Notes: generated from the letters alone by a model not told the origin. 64,000 bases of DNA from Acidobacteriota bacterium (GCA_011523845.1 WTFV01000004.1:38881-102880), one strand, 5' to 3'; shown: positions 1-10,483, counted from the first letter of the stretch. A program made the numbers and translations.

Positions 1-315
1 CAGCAGCAGGGCCGGGCGGCCTCCGGTCTCGAAGCCTGCCTCCAGCACGTGCATCGTCAGGCCGTTGACGTTGTGGACGAAGCGCGAGCGGACGCCGTCC
101 GGCAGCCAGCTCGGGTCGTAGGGACCGATCGCCTCGGCCTGCTCGGCCGGCGTGCGGGCGCTCTGCGCGGGTGCGGGGCGCGCGGCCGCGCTTCCCGGCA
201 GTTCCCGCATCACCGCGGCGGACCCGAGGACCGCGCCGACACCCGCAAGCGCCTGGCGCCGCGTGACCCGACCCTGCGCAACCGGCTCGCCCGAAGTGCT
301 TCCCATTGTGGCCAT
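1..315 (-). CDS. alpha/beta hydrolase (epoxide-hydrolase-like), N-terminal part only; gene runs off the left edge
   Basis: Not in the ORF track (no stop inside window). Reverse-strand ATG at 315..313 opens a frame that stays open to base 1: MATMGSTSGEPVAQGRVTRRQALAGVGAVLGSAAV...DPSWLPDGVRSRFVHNVNGLTMHVLEAGFETGGRPALLL. TRRQAL plus a hydrophobic stretch looks like a twin-arginine signal. NGLxMHVxEAG...PxLLL is the usual beginning of epoxide-hydrolase-type alpha/beta hydrolases. Confidence 0.55.
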   Translation of the reverse strand, partial: MATMGSTSGEPVAQGRVTRRQALAGVGAVLGSAAVMRELPGSAAARPAPAQSARTPAEQAEAIGPYDPSWLPDGVRSRFVHNVNGLTMHVLEAGFETGGRPALLL

Positions 316-334
316 TTCCGTCTCCTGCCTCTCA

Positions 335-382
335 GCGTCCGAAGCCTGAAGTTCGTCTGCGTCCGAAGCCTGAAGTTCGATT
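335..382. repeat. 24-bp direct tandem repeat, two copies
   Basis: gcgtccgaagcctgaagttcgtct (335-358) is followed immediately by gcgtccgaagcctgaagttcgatt (359-382), 22/24 identical. It lies in the spacer between the hydrolase start (315) and the Lon-domain gene stop (467). Confidence 0.9.
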
Positions 383-466
383 CCCTGGCCCGTCGCCGCT
401 CCGCGTCGCGCCGCGGAGGCGGGCCTCCTCGACACGGAGACCTCTGCGTTCCTTCGAGCCGGCGGC

Positions 467-1189
467 TCAGCGCGACAGCTCTCCCCGCTCGAGGAGTCCG
501 ATCAACGCCTCGGCGCGCGCCAGCGGCCCATCCTGCCGCAGCAGGTCCAGCCGGTCGAGCGCGGACATTCCGAGGAACTGCGAGAGTCCGTTCACCAGCA
601 TCTCGTCGGGCAGCTCGTCCGGCGACGGAGCCTGGTCCGCCTGGCCCGGCGCGACGGAGGCGAGCAGTTGCATGAGCAGCGGGCGGTGGCCACGGAGCGC
701 CTCCCGGTCCGCGTCGTCCAGCGGTTCCGGAAGCGGCTCGATCTCCGCCACGCGGTACGAGCGGCTCCGATCCTCGCTCGTGATCCGGAACTTCACCAGG
801 CCGCCGAGGACGATGTTGTAGCGGCCGTCCTCCAGACGCTGGACGTTGGTGATCACGCCCGCGCAGCCGATGTCGTAGATCGGCGGGTTCCCGGCGTATT
901 CGTCCTCGTACCCCGCGTGCAGCATGACCATGCCGATGATGCGGTCGCCCTCGAGCGCGTCGGCCACCATCTCGCGGTAGCGCGGCTCGAAGATGTGCAG
1001 CGGCCGCGACGCGTTCGGGAACAGCATGATGTCCTGCAACGGAAAGATCGGGATGGCGGCCGGCAGGGCCGCCGCGGGATCGGGCCCGGTCTGGCCGCTG
1101 GAGTGTCCCGGGAAGGCCGCCGCCCACAACAGCAGGCCGCACAGGACGAGCCCGACCCGAAAGTGACGCCGCGAGGTCGTGGCATGCAT
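467..1189 (-). CDS. Lon N-terminal (LON substrate-binding/PUA-like) domain protein, secreted or membrane-anchored
   Basis: 240 aa with a hydrophobic N-terminus (VGLVLCGLLLWAAAFPG). Then IPIFPLQDIMLFPNASRPLHIFEPRYREMV...IGCAGVITNVQRLEDGRYNIVLGGLVKFRI, the typical Lon N-domain block. No AAA+ or protease domain. Confidence 0.8.
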   Translation of the reverse strand: MHATTSRRHFRVGLVLCGLLLWAAAFPGHSSGQTGPDPAAALPAAIPIFPLQDIMLFPNASRPLHIFEPRYREMVADALEGDRIIGMVMLHAGYEDEYAGNPPIYDIGCAGVITNVQRLEDGRYNIVLGGLVKFRITSEDRSRSYRVAEIEPLPEPLDDADREALRGHRPLLMQLLASVAPGQADQAPSPDELPDEMLVNGLSQFLGMSALDRLDLLRQDGPLARAEALIGLLERGELSR

Positions 1190-1249
1190 GACTACGCCAT
1201 CATACCGCCGCCGGCGCCTGCCAATCGCCGGGCAGGGCGCTCGGCGTGC

Positions 1250-1678
1250 TCAAGCGATCGGATTGCGCCACCGCAATCCGGAGAAGCGGGAGAAGTCCGT
1301 GTCATTGGAATGCAGCTCGGCCTGATGCTCGATCGCAAGCACGGCGAGATGCGCGTCCGCCACTAGGTTGGCGCCCATGGCCGAGTCGGCCGCGAGTTCC
1401 GCGAGCACGTCCAGATGGTTCGGCCCCGGCAGGACGATTCGGACGTTGGGCTGTCGGAGCCACAGCCTGCACTGTGCGATGGCCTCCGATGCCGGCATCG
1501 GATCCAGCAGCACGCGACGATTCGACATCAGCCGTACGAACGCCAGCAGCGTGATCCAGGCGACGCCGACCGGTTCGTTCCCGGACAGGTAGCGTTCCCA
1601 CCAGGCCTTCGCGGCGGCATGGAACGGCGCGTCCTCGTTGTACGCGTAAACGAGGAGATTGACGTCGGGGAGGATCAT
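1250..1678 (-). CDS. vapC: type II toxin VapC (PIN-domain ribonuclease)
   Basis: 142 aa, MILPDVNLLVYAYNEDAPFH...LVADAHLAVLAIEHQAELHSNDTDFSRF, a PIN-domain pattern with acidic residues near the N-terminus and in the SxDxDF tail. Its start overlaps the antitoxin stop by 1 nt (TGATG). Confidence 0.85.
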   Translation of the reverse strand: MILPDVNLLVYAYNEDAPFHAAAKAWWERYLSGNEPVGVAWITLLAFVRLMSNRRVLLDPMPASEAIAQCRLWLRQPNVRIVLPGPNHLDVLAELAADSAMGANLVADAHLAVLAIEHQAELHSNDTDFSRFSGLRWRNPIA

Positions 1679-1965
1679 CAGCGGGGGGGTGCCGGTGGGG
1701 TCTGCGTCAGAAACTGCTCCACCTCGAGTTCATCGACGAGTTGGTTCAGCTTGAACGGATCGATCCCCGGGACGAATCCGCGGCGCGCCGATTCGACCTT
1801 GAACGGCTCACGGCGAGCCTCCGGTTTGGCGCCACTCGTCAGCCCCTGCCGCAAGACCTCGTTGACCACGGTCTTGAAGCTCTTGCCGGCGTGGCGAGAG
1901 AGGTCCTTCAATGCTCGTCCGACGTCTTCGTCGATGGTCAACGTGGTTCGCATGGGCCTGTACAT
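1678..1965 (-). CDS. vapB: type II antitoxin VapB family
   Basis: The track ORF 1678..2064 is over-extended. Internal ATGs at 1965 or 1953 give M(YRP)MRTTLTIDEDVGRALKDLSRHAGKSFKTVVNEVLRQGL, the classic VapB-antitoxin N-terminus. It sits directly upstream of the PIN gene. Confidence 0.8.
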   Translation of the reverse strand: MYRPMRTTLTIDEDVGRALKDLSRHAGKSFKTVVNEVLRQGLTSGAKPEARREPFKVESARRGFVPGIDPFKLNQLVDELEVEQFLTQTPPAPPR

Positions 1966-2008
1966 CGTAACGTCTGTTCTCTGAAGCATCAAGATGTCAC
2001 GCCGGGCG

Positions 2009-2329
2009 TCAGCGTGGCGGTTCGGCAAGTCCGTCGAGGTATTCCAGGAACCGTCGGCCGACATGTGACTGGTAGCCTTCGACCGGTTCGGTCACCAGGT
2101 TGTCGAAGAAGCGGTCGTAGACGGTCGAGCGCTCGTGCTGCAGCGGCGTCGGGCAATAGCAGACCTCGCTCCATTCGACGACGCCGTCGTCGGAGACGAC
2201 GGCCCGCTGCATCGACGCGACGATCTCCTGTCCGTCGGGCTGCTGCCGGGCGATGGTGCCGTTCTGGAGCAGGCGCCGGAGTTCCCCCGCCGTCTCCTTG
2301 CGAAGCTCGGCCCGGACCCGGTAGTGCAT
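2009..2329 (-). CDS. hypothetical protein
   Basis: Non-shadow-like composition (MHYRVRAELRKETAGELRRLLQNGTIARQQPDGQEIVASMQRAVVSDDGVVEWSEVCYCPTPLQHERSTVYDRFFDNLVTEPVEGY). It fills the gap between vapB and recQ on the same strand. No family recognised. Start could be 2371 or 2329. Confidence 0.4.
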   Translation of the reverse strand: MHYRVRAELRKETAGELRRLLQNGTIARQQPDGQEIVASMQRAVVSDDGVVEWSEVCYCPTPLQHERSTVYDRFFDNLVTEPVEGYQSHVGRRFLEYLDGLAEPPR

Positions 2330-2440
2330 CGGTGCCGCCTCGTTGCCTCCTCCGGACAGGATACGACACATCCGCTCGCTGACGACACCGTGCAGGCGTC
2401 GCGGCCCGCCGCCGGACGACCCGTCATGCCGGACTGGCGA

Positions 2441-4291
<1,851 letters not shown>

Positions 4292-4440
4292 CCAGCCATC
4301 GTACTACGCGGCCGCCCCCGCCGCTTTCGGTCCGGAGCAACCCGCCCGGATTCGCCCAGGCACGAACTCGTCGGGAACCGGTGGACGATGATGCGATCGA
4401 GTCGAGTCGTCGGCCCGCGCCTCCGGCGGGTCCCTTCCGG

Positions 4441-4480
4441 GGGATTCCAGGGGGTTCCACGGGTTCCCGGGGTTCCAGGG
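4441..4480. promoter_or_regulatory. four tandem GG(A/T)TTCC decamer-like repeats in the recQ / porin divergent intergenic region
   Basis: gggattccag ggggttccac gggttcccg gggttccagg, with GGTTCC cores at about 4443, 4453, 4462 and 4471 (9-10 nt phasing). The block ends 35 nt upstream of the ATG at 4515. A TATGAT hexamer sits at 4503-4508. Confidence 0.4.
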
Positions 4481-4514
4481 GACACGGCGGTCGGGAAATG
4501 GGTATGATTTCGAG

Positions 4515-5309
4515 ATGAAGAACATCGCGCGCACGCGTGCCGCACGGTTCCGGACCGTGGTCGCGGCGTTTCTGGCGGCCGTGCCGGCCGTCGCCGGGGC
4601 GCAGACCGAGTTCCACTACCAGTACGGCAAGCTCAGCAACCCTTTCGCGCGCACGCGCCAGTTCACGCACATCCTGACCGTGCAACAGGCGTCGAGCTGG
4701 TCGCTCGGCGACAGCTTCGTCTTCATCGACATCCTCGACGACGGCGTCCCGGACGGCTTCAACGACCTGGAGTTCTACGGCGAGTGGTATCCGACGCTGA
4801 GCTTCGGCAGGCTGGCGGATCGGACCGTGGGCGGCGGACCGGTCCGGGACGTTGCGCTGATCGGCGGCATCAACTTCGACGGCGACGCCAACGTCCTCAA
4901 GTGGCTGCCCGGCGCGCGGCTCTCCTGGGACGTGCCCGGCTTCGTCTTCTTCAACACGGACCTGACCGCGTTCATCGATGCCAGCAGCGGTCTCGAACGG
5001 GGCGGCGCGCCCCGGACGAGCGACAGCTTCATGTTCGACGTCAGTTGGGGCGCCGCGTTCGACATCGGCAGCCAGTCGTTCTGGTTCACCGGCCACGCCG
5101 AGTACATCGGGGGCGCGACCAACGAGCTGAACCAGCCGGTGAAGGGGTGGATTCTCGCGCAGCCCCAGCTCGGGTGGGACATCGGCAAGGCGCTGACCGG
5201 CGCCGCCAACCAGCTCTTTCTCGGCGTGGAGTACCAGTACTGGTGGAACAAGCTGGGCGTGGACGACGACGACAACGTTGCCCAGTTGTGGGTGATGTGG
5301 CGCCTGTGA
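4515..5309 (+). CDS. outer-membrane beta-barrel channel, Tsx/OmpK-like family
   Basis: 264 aa. Signal peptide (AAFLAAVPAVAGAQT), alternating beta-strand pattern, FYGEWYPTLSF and a C-terminal aromatic end (LWVMWRL). It resembles nucleoside-channel Tsx/OmpK proteins. The family call is by eye only. Confidence 0.5.
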   Translation: MKNIARTRAARFRTVVAAFLAAVPAVAGAQTEFHYQYGKLSNPFARTRQFTHILTVQQASSWSLGDSFVFIDILDDGVPDGFNDLEFYGEWYPTLSFGRLADRTVGGGPVRDVALIGGINFDGDANVLKWLPGARLSWDVPGFVFFNTDLTAFIDASSGLERGGAPRTSDSFMFDVSWGAAFDIGSQSFWFTGHAEYIGGATNELNQPVKGWILAQPQLGWDIGKALTGAANQLFLGVEYQYWWNKLGVDDDDNVAQLWVMWRL

Positions 5310-5336
5310 CGCCCCGCTGCCGCGCGGGAGCCTGAG

Positions 5337-7883
5337 ATGAACCGAATCGTGACGCAAGCGCTGGATATGCCGAGTACCGGGACCCGGACCATGAAGAGGG
5401 GGTTGCGCCTGGCGGTTCGGGGCTTCCTCGCCCTCGCCGCGCTGCTCACCGTCACGATTACCACGACCTCGGCCACCATGCTCTACAACTCCGCCGTCGC
5501 GCTGCGCGACGAGGCGGAGGCGGCCGCCGTGAACCTGGCCGAGCTGCTGTCGACCAGCTTCGCCGACATCGGCGAGATCTCGCTGGCCAACGTCGCCCGC
5601 ACGCTCGACGCCACGCTCGACGATCAGATGGTCGCCCAGGCCCGCATCGCCGCGCACATGGTCGCCGCGGCGGAGGAGGCGGGGCACGATCCGCCCCGCA
5701 TCATCGAGACCCTCGACGCCATCGTCGCCAACACGGTCCTCGACGAGTTCTGGATCACCGACAGCGTCGGCTTCTCGTACCTCACCAACGTCCGCGACGA
5801 GAACGGGGCGCTCGTGCCCTTCCGGTTCGATCCCGATCCGGCGGTGCAGCCGCAGGCGCACCGGTTCTTCGAGCTGCTCGGATCGGATGTCGACGACGAC
5901 ACCGGCGTGATTACGCAACCGGCGCAGGTCCGGGAGATCGACCAGGAGGTCTACAAGTACGTCGGGGTCGGCGGCGTCGATCAGGAGCGGATCGTGCAGA
6001 TCGGCAACGCGCTGGTCTTCGGCGAGCAGGAGATCCTGACCAACACCTTCACATCCGAGCGTGCCGACGTGTCGGCCGTGGTCGAGGGGATCATCGGCCA
6101 GCACATGCTGGTGCAGGCGCACATCGCCGGTCACTTCGTCGCCGCGGCGGAAGAGGCCGGCTGGTCTCCGGAGGAGATCGAGGGCCGGCTGCGACGCATC
6201 GCCGGTGCGACGGTCATCGGCGAGATCCGGGTCGTGGACGGGGACGGCTCCGTGGCCTACTCCAATCTGCTGCCGCCCCTGGCGGGCGGATCCGCCGCGG
6301 CGGTGCCGTATCTGGACGAAATCGCACCGCTCCTCGATGGCTCGGAGCAGAGCCTCGAGTTCGCGACGGCGCCCCGCGCCTCCGACGGCGAGGTCTACAA
6401 GTACGTCGCGGTCGCCGGCGCCGGCTCGCCGCGGGTCGTGCAGGTCGGCATTCCGATTGAAAGCAGCGCGGGCAACCTGCTCTATTCCGTCTACCAGCGC
6501 GAAGCGGATCTGCTGGTCCAGTCCCGCAATCTCGAGGCCCTCTGGGTCGTCAATCTCGACCGCGAGCTGGCCGCGGCCGCGCCGCGCGCCGGGCAGGCCG
6601 GGGCGGGGACGGTGGAGGCGGCCAGCGTCTTCTCGCGACGGGCGGAAGCGGTCGTGGCCCTCGCCATGGAACAGGAACGGGTGGTCAGCGAGGCCAGCCT
6701 GAGCCTGCTGTCGCCTGCCGAGCGCGGCATCTGGGTCGCCTCGCCGATCGTGAACCCCGGCGAACCCCCGATCGGCGGTCTGGCTCTGGCCGTCAGCCTC
6801 GACGACATCGCGAGCACGGTGCAGGCCGAGGCCTTCAACACCACGCTGATCGCCTTCGTGCTGCTCGGCTTCACGGCCGCCGCCGCGCTCTGGGGAACGC
6901 GGTGGCTGACCCATCCGATCGAGGTGATTGCCTCGGCGGCGCGCCAGGTGGAGGCGGGCAGACAGCCCGACGAGGGCCCGCTCGAAGACGTGATCAAGCG
7001 CACGGACGAGATCGGCAGCCTGGCGCGGGTGTTCGAGGCGATGACGGTGCAGGTCTTCAACCGCGAAGAGCAGCTCGAGATGATGGTGTCGGCGCGGACC
7101 GAGGAGCTCCAGCAGAGCAACCGCAGCCTGCGCGTCGCCCAGCGGGCGCTCGAGCAGGACCTGGAGATGGCCAAGGTGGTGCAGGCCGCCCTGGTCCGCG
7201 AAGGCAACGTGGAGCTGGGCCGTTTCGTGGCCTACGCGAGGATGACGCCCGCGCAGCAGGTGGGCGGCGACTTCGTCGACGTGCTCGAGCCGTCCGGCGG
7301 CAAGCTGTTCTTCACCGTCTGCGACGTCTCCGGCAAGGGCGTGGCGGCGGCCCTCTTCATGGCCGCGTCGCAGGGCGCGATCAATGCCGCGGCGACCCAG
7401 AGTCAGAACGGAGACGTGGGCGCCATCGCCACCGAGGCCAATCGCCGGCTCTGCGGCGAGAACCCGATGGGGCTCTTCGTTACGGGTGTCCTCGGCATCG
7501 TCGATCTCGAGCGCGGCGTCATGCAGTACGTCTGCGCCGGCCACGAGCCGGCGTTTCTCGTGGCCGCGGACGATTCCCGGCGGCCGCTCCCGATGACCGG
7601 CGGGATGGCGATGGGGGTGCTCGACGACTTCGAGTACGAGAGTCGCGAGGAGCAGTTGCGGTCCGGCGACGCGCTGTTCCTCTACACCGACGGCCTGACC
7701 GACGCGGTGAACCTGAGCGGCGAGCTGTTCGGGAAGGAACGGCTGGAGACGACGCTCGACGGCGCGTCGGCGCGCTCGCCCGAACAGATCGTGGACCACG
7801 TCTGGAGCGAGATCCTCAGCTATTCCGCCGGTGCTTCCGCCGCCGACGACATGACCTGTCTGGTCCTGCGGCGCCGCCGGTGA
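5337..7883 (+). CDS. membrane sensor serine phosphatase (SpoIIE/PP2C family, RsbU-like) with HAMP-like linker
   Basis: 848 aa. N-terminal TM, an internally duplicated ~130-aa extracytoplasmic module, a second TM (LIAFVLLGFTAAAALWG), linker and coiled coil. C-terminal PP2C block GGDFVDV...FFTVCDVSGKGVAAALFMA...LFLYTDGLTDA...ADDMTCLVLRR. Start could also be at M19 (5391). Confidence 0.9.
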   Translation: MNRIVTQALDMPSTGTRTMKRGLRLAVRGFLALAALLTVTITTTSATMLYNSAVALRDEAEAAAVNLAELLSTSFADIGEISLANVARTLDATLDDQMVAQARIAAHMVAAAEEAGHDPPRIIETLDAIVANTVLDEFWITDSVGFSYLTNVRDENGALVPFRFDPDPAVQPQAHRFFELLGSDVDDDTGVITQPAQVREIDQEVYKYVGVGGVDQERIVQIGNALVFGEQEILTNTFTSERADVSAVVEGIIGQHMLVQAHIAGHFVAAAEEAGWSPEEIEGRLRRIAGATVIGEIRVVDGDGSVAYSNLLPPLAGGSAAAVPYLDEIAPLLDGSEQSLEFATAPRASDGEVYKYVAVAGAGSPRVVQVGIPIESSAGNLLYSVYQREADLLVQSRNLEALWVVNLDRELAAAAPRAGQAGAGTVEAASVFSRRAEAVVALAMEQERVVSEASLSLLSPAERGIWVASPIVNPGEPPIGGLALAVSLDDIASTVQAEAFNTTLIAFVLLGFTAAAALWGTRWLTHPIEVIASAARQVEAGRQPDEGPLEDVIKRTDEIGSLARVFEAMTVQVFNREEQLEMMVSARTEELQQSNRSLRVAQRALEQDLEMAKVVQAALVREGNVELGRFVAYARMTPAQQVGGDFVDVLEPSGGKLFFTVCDVSGKGVAAALFMAASQGAINAAATQSQNGDVGAIATEANRRLCGENPMGLFVTGVLGIVDLERGVMQYVCAGHEPAFLVAADDSRRPLPMTGGMAMGVLDDFEYESREEQLRSGDALFLYTDGLTDAVNLSGELFGKERLETTLDGASARSPEQIVDHVWSEILSYSAGASAADDMTCLVLRRRR

Positions 7884-8083
7884 CGCCTCTCGCGGCCGGC
7901 AGGGAGGCGACCGGGGTTCGCTTCGGAGGCGGGTGGAGTCTGCTAGAGTAGGGCGTCCCTCCAGGAGCTTGCGCCGCAGAACGCAACGACGTGAGTTCTG
8001 CGGCTAGAGGTCCTGGGCGGTGGGGGCTCGGGCCGAACACGGAGCCTGCGACGGGTTCGGCGGCGCGAGCAGGGCACGACCTC

Positions 8084-8512
8084 ATGGCTGACGAACTCGA
8101 CGTGACGATCCCGGCCCGGCTGTCGGAGGTGCGCGAGTTGTCGGGCATGGTGGAGGCCTTCGGGGACGCCAACGGCCTGCCGGATCCGAAGGTGTTCGTC
8201 ATCAACCTGGCGCTCGACGAGTTGATCACCAACACGGTCACGCACGGTCTCGAAGACAAGGCCGACGCCGAGATCCGGATCCGGATGCAGGTCGATGGCG
8301 GCACGTTGATTCTGGTGATGGAGGACAACGGTCAGCCGTTCGACCCGACGCAGGACACCAACGCCGACGTCACGTCTTCGCTCGAGGAGCGGGCCATCGG
8401 CGGCCTGGGGCTGCACCTGGTGAAGAGCTTCGCCGATCGCATCACCTACGAGTTCGTGGGAGGCCGGAATCGACTGACGATGGAGCACGACCTCGCAAGG
8501 GCGGCGGAATGA
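8084..8512 (+). CDS. anti-sigma regulatory factor / serine kinase (RsbW/SpoIIAB-like HATPase), copy 1
   Basis: Start re-set to ATG 8084 (MADELDVTIPARL...). LALDELITNTVTHG (N box), EDNGQPFDP and GGLGLHLVKSFAD (G boxes). Confidence 0.85.
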   Translation: MADELDVTIPARLSEVRELSGMVEAFGDANGLPDPKVFVINLALDELITNTVTHGLEDKADAEIRIRMQVDGGTLILVMEDNGQPFDPTQDTNADVTSSLEERAIGGLGLHLVKSFADRITYEFVGGRNRLTMEHDLARAAE

Positions 8513-8555
8513 GGCTTCCAGATCCGATCAAACTCTACGTGCAGGTGGTATCCCG

Positions 8556-8894
8556 ATGAACATCGAAGTAGCCGAGGAACGGGACGGCGACGCACTGGTG
8601 CTGCTGCCGGTCGGCCGTCTCGACAGTGCGAATGCCCGCGCGTTCGAGTCGATCGTCATGGAACGCGTCGATGGCGGCGAGCAGCGGTTGATAGTCGACT
8701 TCAGTCGTCTCGGCTTCATCAGCAGTTCCGGGATGCGCGTCCTGCTGATGGCTGCGAAGAAGCTGCACGCAGGTCAGGGGAAGCTGGTGCTGTGCGCGAT
8801 GCCGGACCATATCCACGAGGTGTTCCGGATCAGCGGCTTCGACCAGATCATCCCGATCCGGGACACGCGCGAGTCCGCGCTGGGCGAGGTCTGA
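8556..8894 (+). CDS. STAS-domain anti-sigma-factor antagonist (RsbV/SpoIIAA-like), copy 1
   Basis: 112 aa. VLLPVGRLDSANARAFE...LIVDFSRLGFISSSGMRVLLMAAKK...VFRISGFDQIIPI, with the phosphorylatable Ser in the FISSSG motif. Confidence 0.9.
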   Translation: MNIEVAEERDGDALVLLPVGRLDSANARAFESIVMERVDGGEQRLIVDFSRLGFISSSGMRVLLMAAKKLHAGQGKLVLCAMPDHIHEVFRISGFDQIIPIRDTRESALGEV

Positions 8895-8996
8895 CGTCCG
8901 GCTGACGACGGCCCCATCCCCTGTTCGATGGCGCTGCGCCTTGTGTGACGACAGCGCCGCTGGTACAGTTGCGCGTTCTCTCGGGAGGGCACGTTC

Positions 8997-9431
8997 GTGG
9001 CGATGACGGATGAACTGCGCGTCTCGGTGTCGCCGAGGTTGTCGGCGGTACGCAGTCTGGCGCAGATGGTGGAGGAGTTCGGCGACGCCAACGAGCTGCC
9101 GGATCAACAGATCTACATGATCAACCTGGCGCTCGACGAACTCATCACGAACACGGTGAGCTACGGCCTGCGGGGCGTCTCCCGTCCGAAGATAGAGATT
9201 ACGCTCCAGGTCAGCGAGAACAGGCTGGTCCTGACCATGGAGGACAACGGCCGGCCGTTCGATCCGACCCGGAACACGAATCCCGATCTGTCGTCGCCGG
9301 TCGACGAACGACCGGTCGGCGGTCTGGGCCTGCATCTGATCAAGACGTTTGCCGACCGGGTCGACTACGAGTACTCGGACGGGAAGAACCGGCTGGTCAT
9401 GGAACACGATCTCACGCCGGCGGCCCGGTGA
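8997..9431 (+). CDS. anti-sigma regulatory factor / serine kinase (RsbW-like), copy 2
   Basis: 144 aa (GTG 8997 or ATG 9003). LALDELITNTVSYG, EDNGRPFDP, GGLGLHLIKTFAD. A clear paralogue of 8084..8512. Confidence 0.85.
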   Translation: MAMTDELRVSVSPRLSAVRSLAQMVEEFGDANELPDQQIYMINLALDELITNTVSYGLRGVSRPKIEITLQVSENRLVLTMEDNGRPFDPTRNTNPDLSSPVDERPVGGLGLHLIKTFADRVDYEYSDGKNRLVMEHDLTPAAR

Positions 9432-9452
9432 CGGGAGCCGGCCAGTGACGAG

Positions 9453-9803
9453 GTGCATCGTATGGATATCGAAGTCGCGGAAGAACGCAACGACGAGGTG
9501 CTGGTGCTCTTGCCCGTCGGACGGCTGGACAGCGGCAACGCCCGCTCGTTCGAGTCCGTCGTGATGGATCACGTCAGCAGCGGCGAGCGGCGCCTGGTCG
9601 TCGATTTCAGCCGCCTCGATTTCATCAGCAGCTCGGGCATGCGGGTGCTGCTCATCGCCGCCAAGGCGCTGAAGGCGGGCGAAGGGACGCTCGTGCTCTG
9701 TTCCATGAAGAACCACATCGAGGAGGTCTTCCGGATCAGCGGCTTCGATCGCATCATTCCCATCAAGGAATCCCGCGAAGCGGCCCTTGCCGCCTCGTCC
9801 TAG
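9453..9803 (+). CDS. STAS-domain anti-sigma-factor antagonist, copy 2
   Basis: 116 aa. VLLPVGRLDSGNARSFE...LVVDFSRLDFISSSGMRVLLIAAKA...VFRISGFDRIIPI. A paralogue of 8556..8894. Confidence 0.9.
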   Translation: MHRMDIEVAEERNDEVLVLLPVGRLDSGNARSFESVVMDHVSSGERRLVVDFSRLDFISSSGMRVLLIAAKALKAGEGTLVLCSMKNHIEEVFRISGFDRIIPIKESREAALAASS

Positions 9804-9826
9804 AAGTCTGCGCCGACTGAGGCGGA

Positions 9827-10483
9827 TCACGCCTTGTAGGCCCTGATCACGTCGAGCATGGCCTGTTCCTCCCGGTCCCACGCGGTCTGAATCTCCTGCA
9901 GGGCCCCCGCGGCGGTCGGGGCCTGCCTGGCGAGCGCGCGGTTCTGCGGCAGCAGCAATCCCCGTGCGGCCGCGTGATCGAGGAACTCGAACAGGTGGTC
10001 GTAGTAGCCGTCGATGTTGGCGAAGCAGCACGGCTTCTCGTGCAGCTCCAGGGGGCGTTGCGACCAGCAGAGGGCCTCGAGGATCTCCTCCAGGGTGCCG
10101 AACCCGCCGGGCAGTGCGATGCAGCCTTGCGACAGCTCCTGCATCAGGTGCTTGCGCTCGTGCATCGTGTCGACTTCGAGGAGACGGCTGAGCCCTTCGT
10201 GGGCGAGCTCCTGATACGAGAGTTGCCGGGGTACCACCCCGGTGACGAAGCCTCCGTTCGCCAGGACGGCGCCCGCGAGGACGCCCATCAGTCCCACCCG
10301 GGCCCCGCCGTACACCAGCCCGATGCCCTCGGCCGCCATCAGCCGGCCCAGCGCGTCGGCTTCGTCGAGGTAACGCTGTTCCTTTCCCAGGTTGCCTCCC
10401 AGGTAGACGCAGATGTTCTTTCCGCTGGGTGGCCCCGCGGGAGCACGGTCGCCGCGCGCCTTCTCGTTCCCGACCTTCTGCAT
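9827..10483 (-). CDS. LOG-family (TIGR00730-type) nucleotide 5'-monophosphate nucleosidase / cytokinin riboside 5'-monophosphate phosphoribohydrolase
   Basis: 218 aa. VYGGARVGLMGVLAGAV and the PGGFGTLEEILE motif. Confidence 0.85.
   Translation of the reverse strand: MQKVGNEKARGDRAPAGPPSGKNICVYLGGNLGKEQRYLDEADALGRLMAAEGIGLVYGGARVGLMGVLAGAVLANGGFVTGVVPRQLSYQELAHEGLSRLLEVDTMHERKHLMQELSQGCIALPGGFGTLEEILEALCWSQRPLELHEKPCCFANIDGYYDHLFEFLDHAAARGLLLPQNRALARQAPTAAGALQEIQTAWDREEQAMLDVIRAYKA

Noticed and set aside
8925-8965. GC hairpin (ggcgctg...cagcgcc) after the first STAS gene as a terminator separating the two kinase/STAS pairs
   Set aside because: The stem is short, the loop is long (about 15 nt) and no U-tract follows. 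Insufficient to call a terminator.
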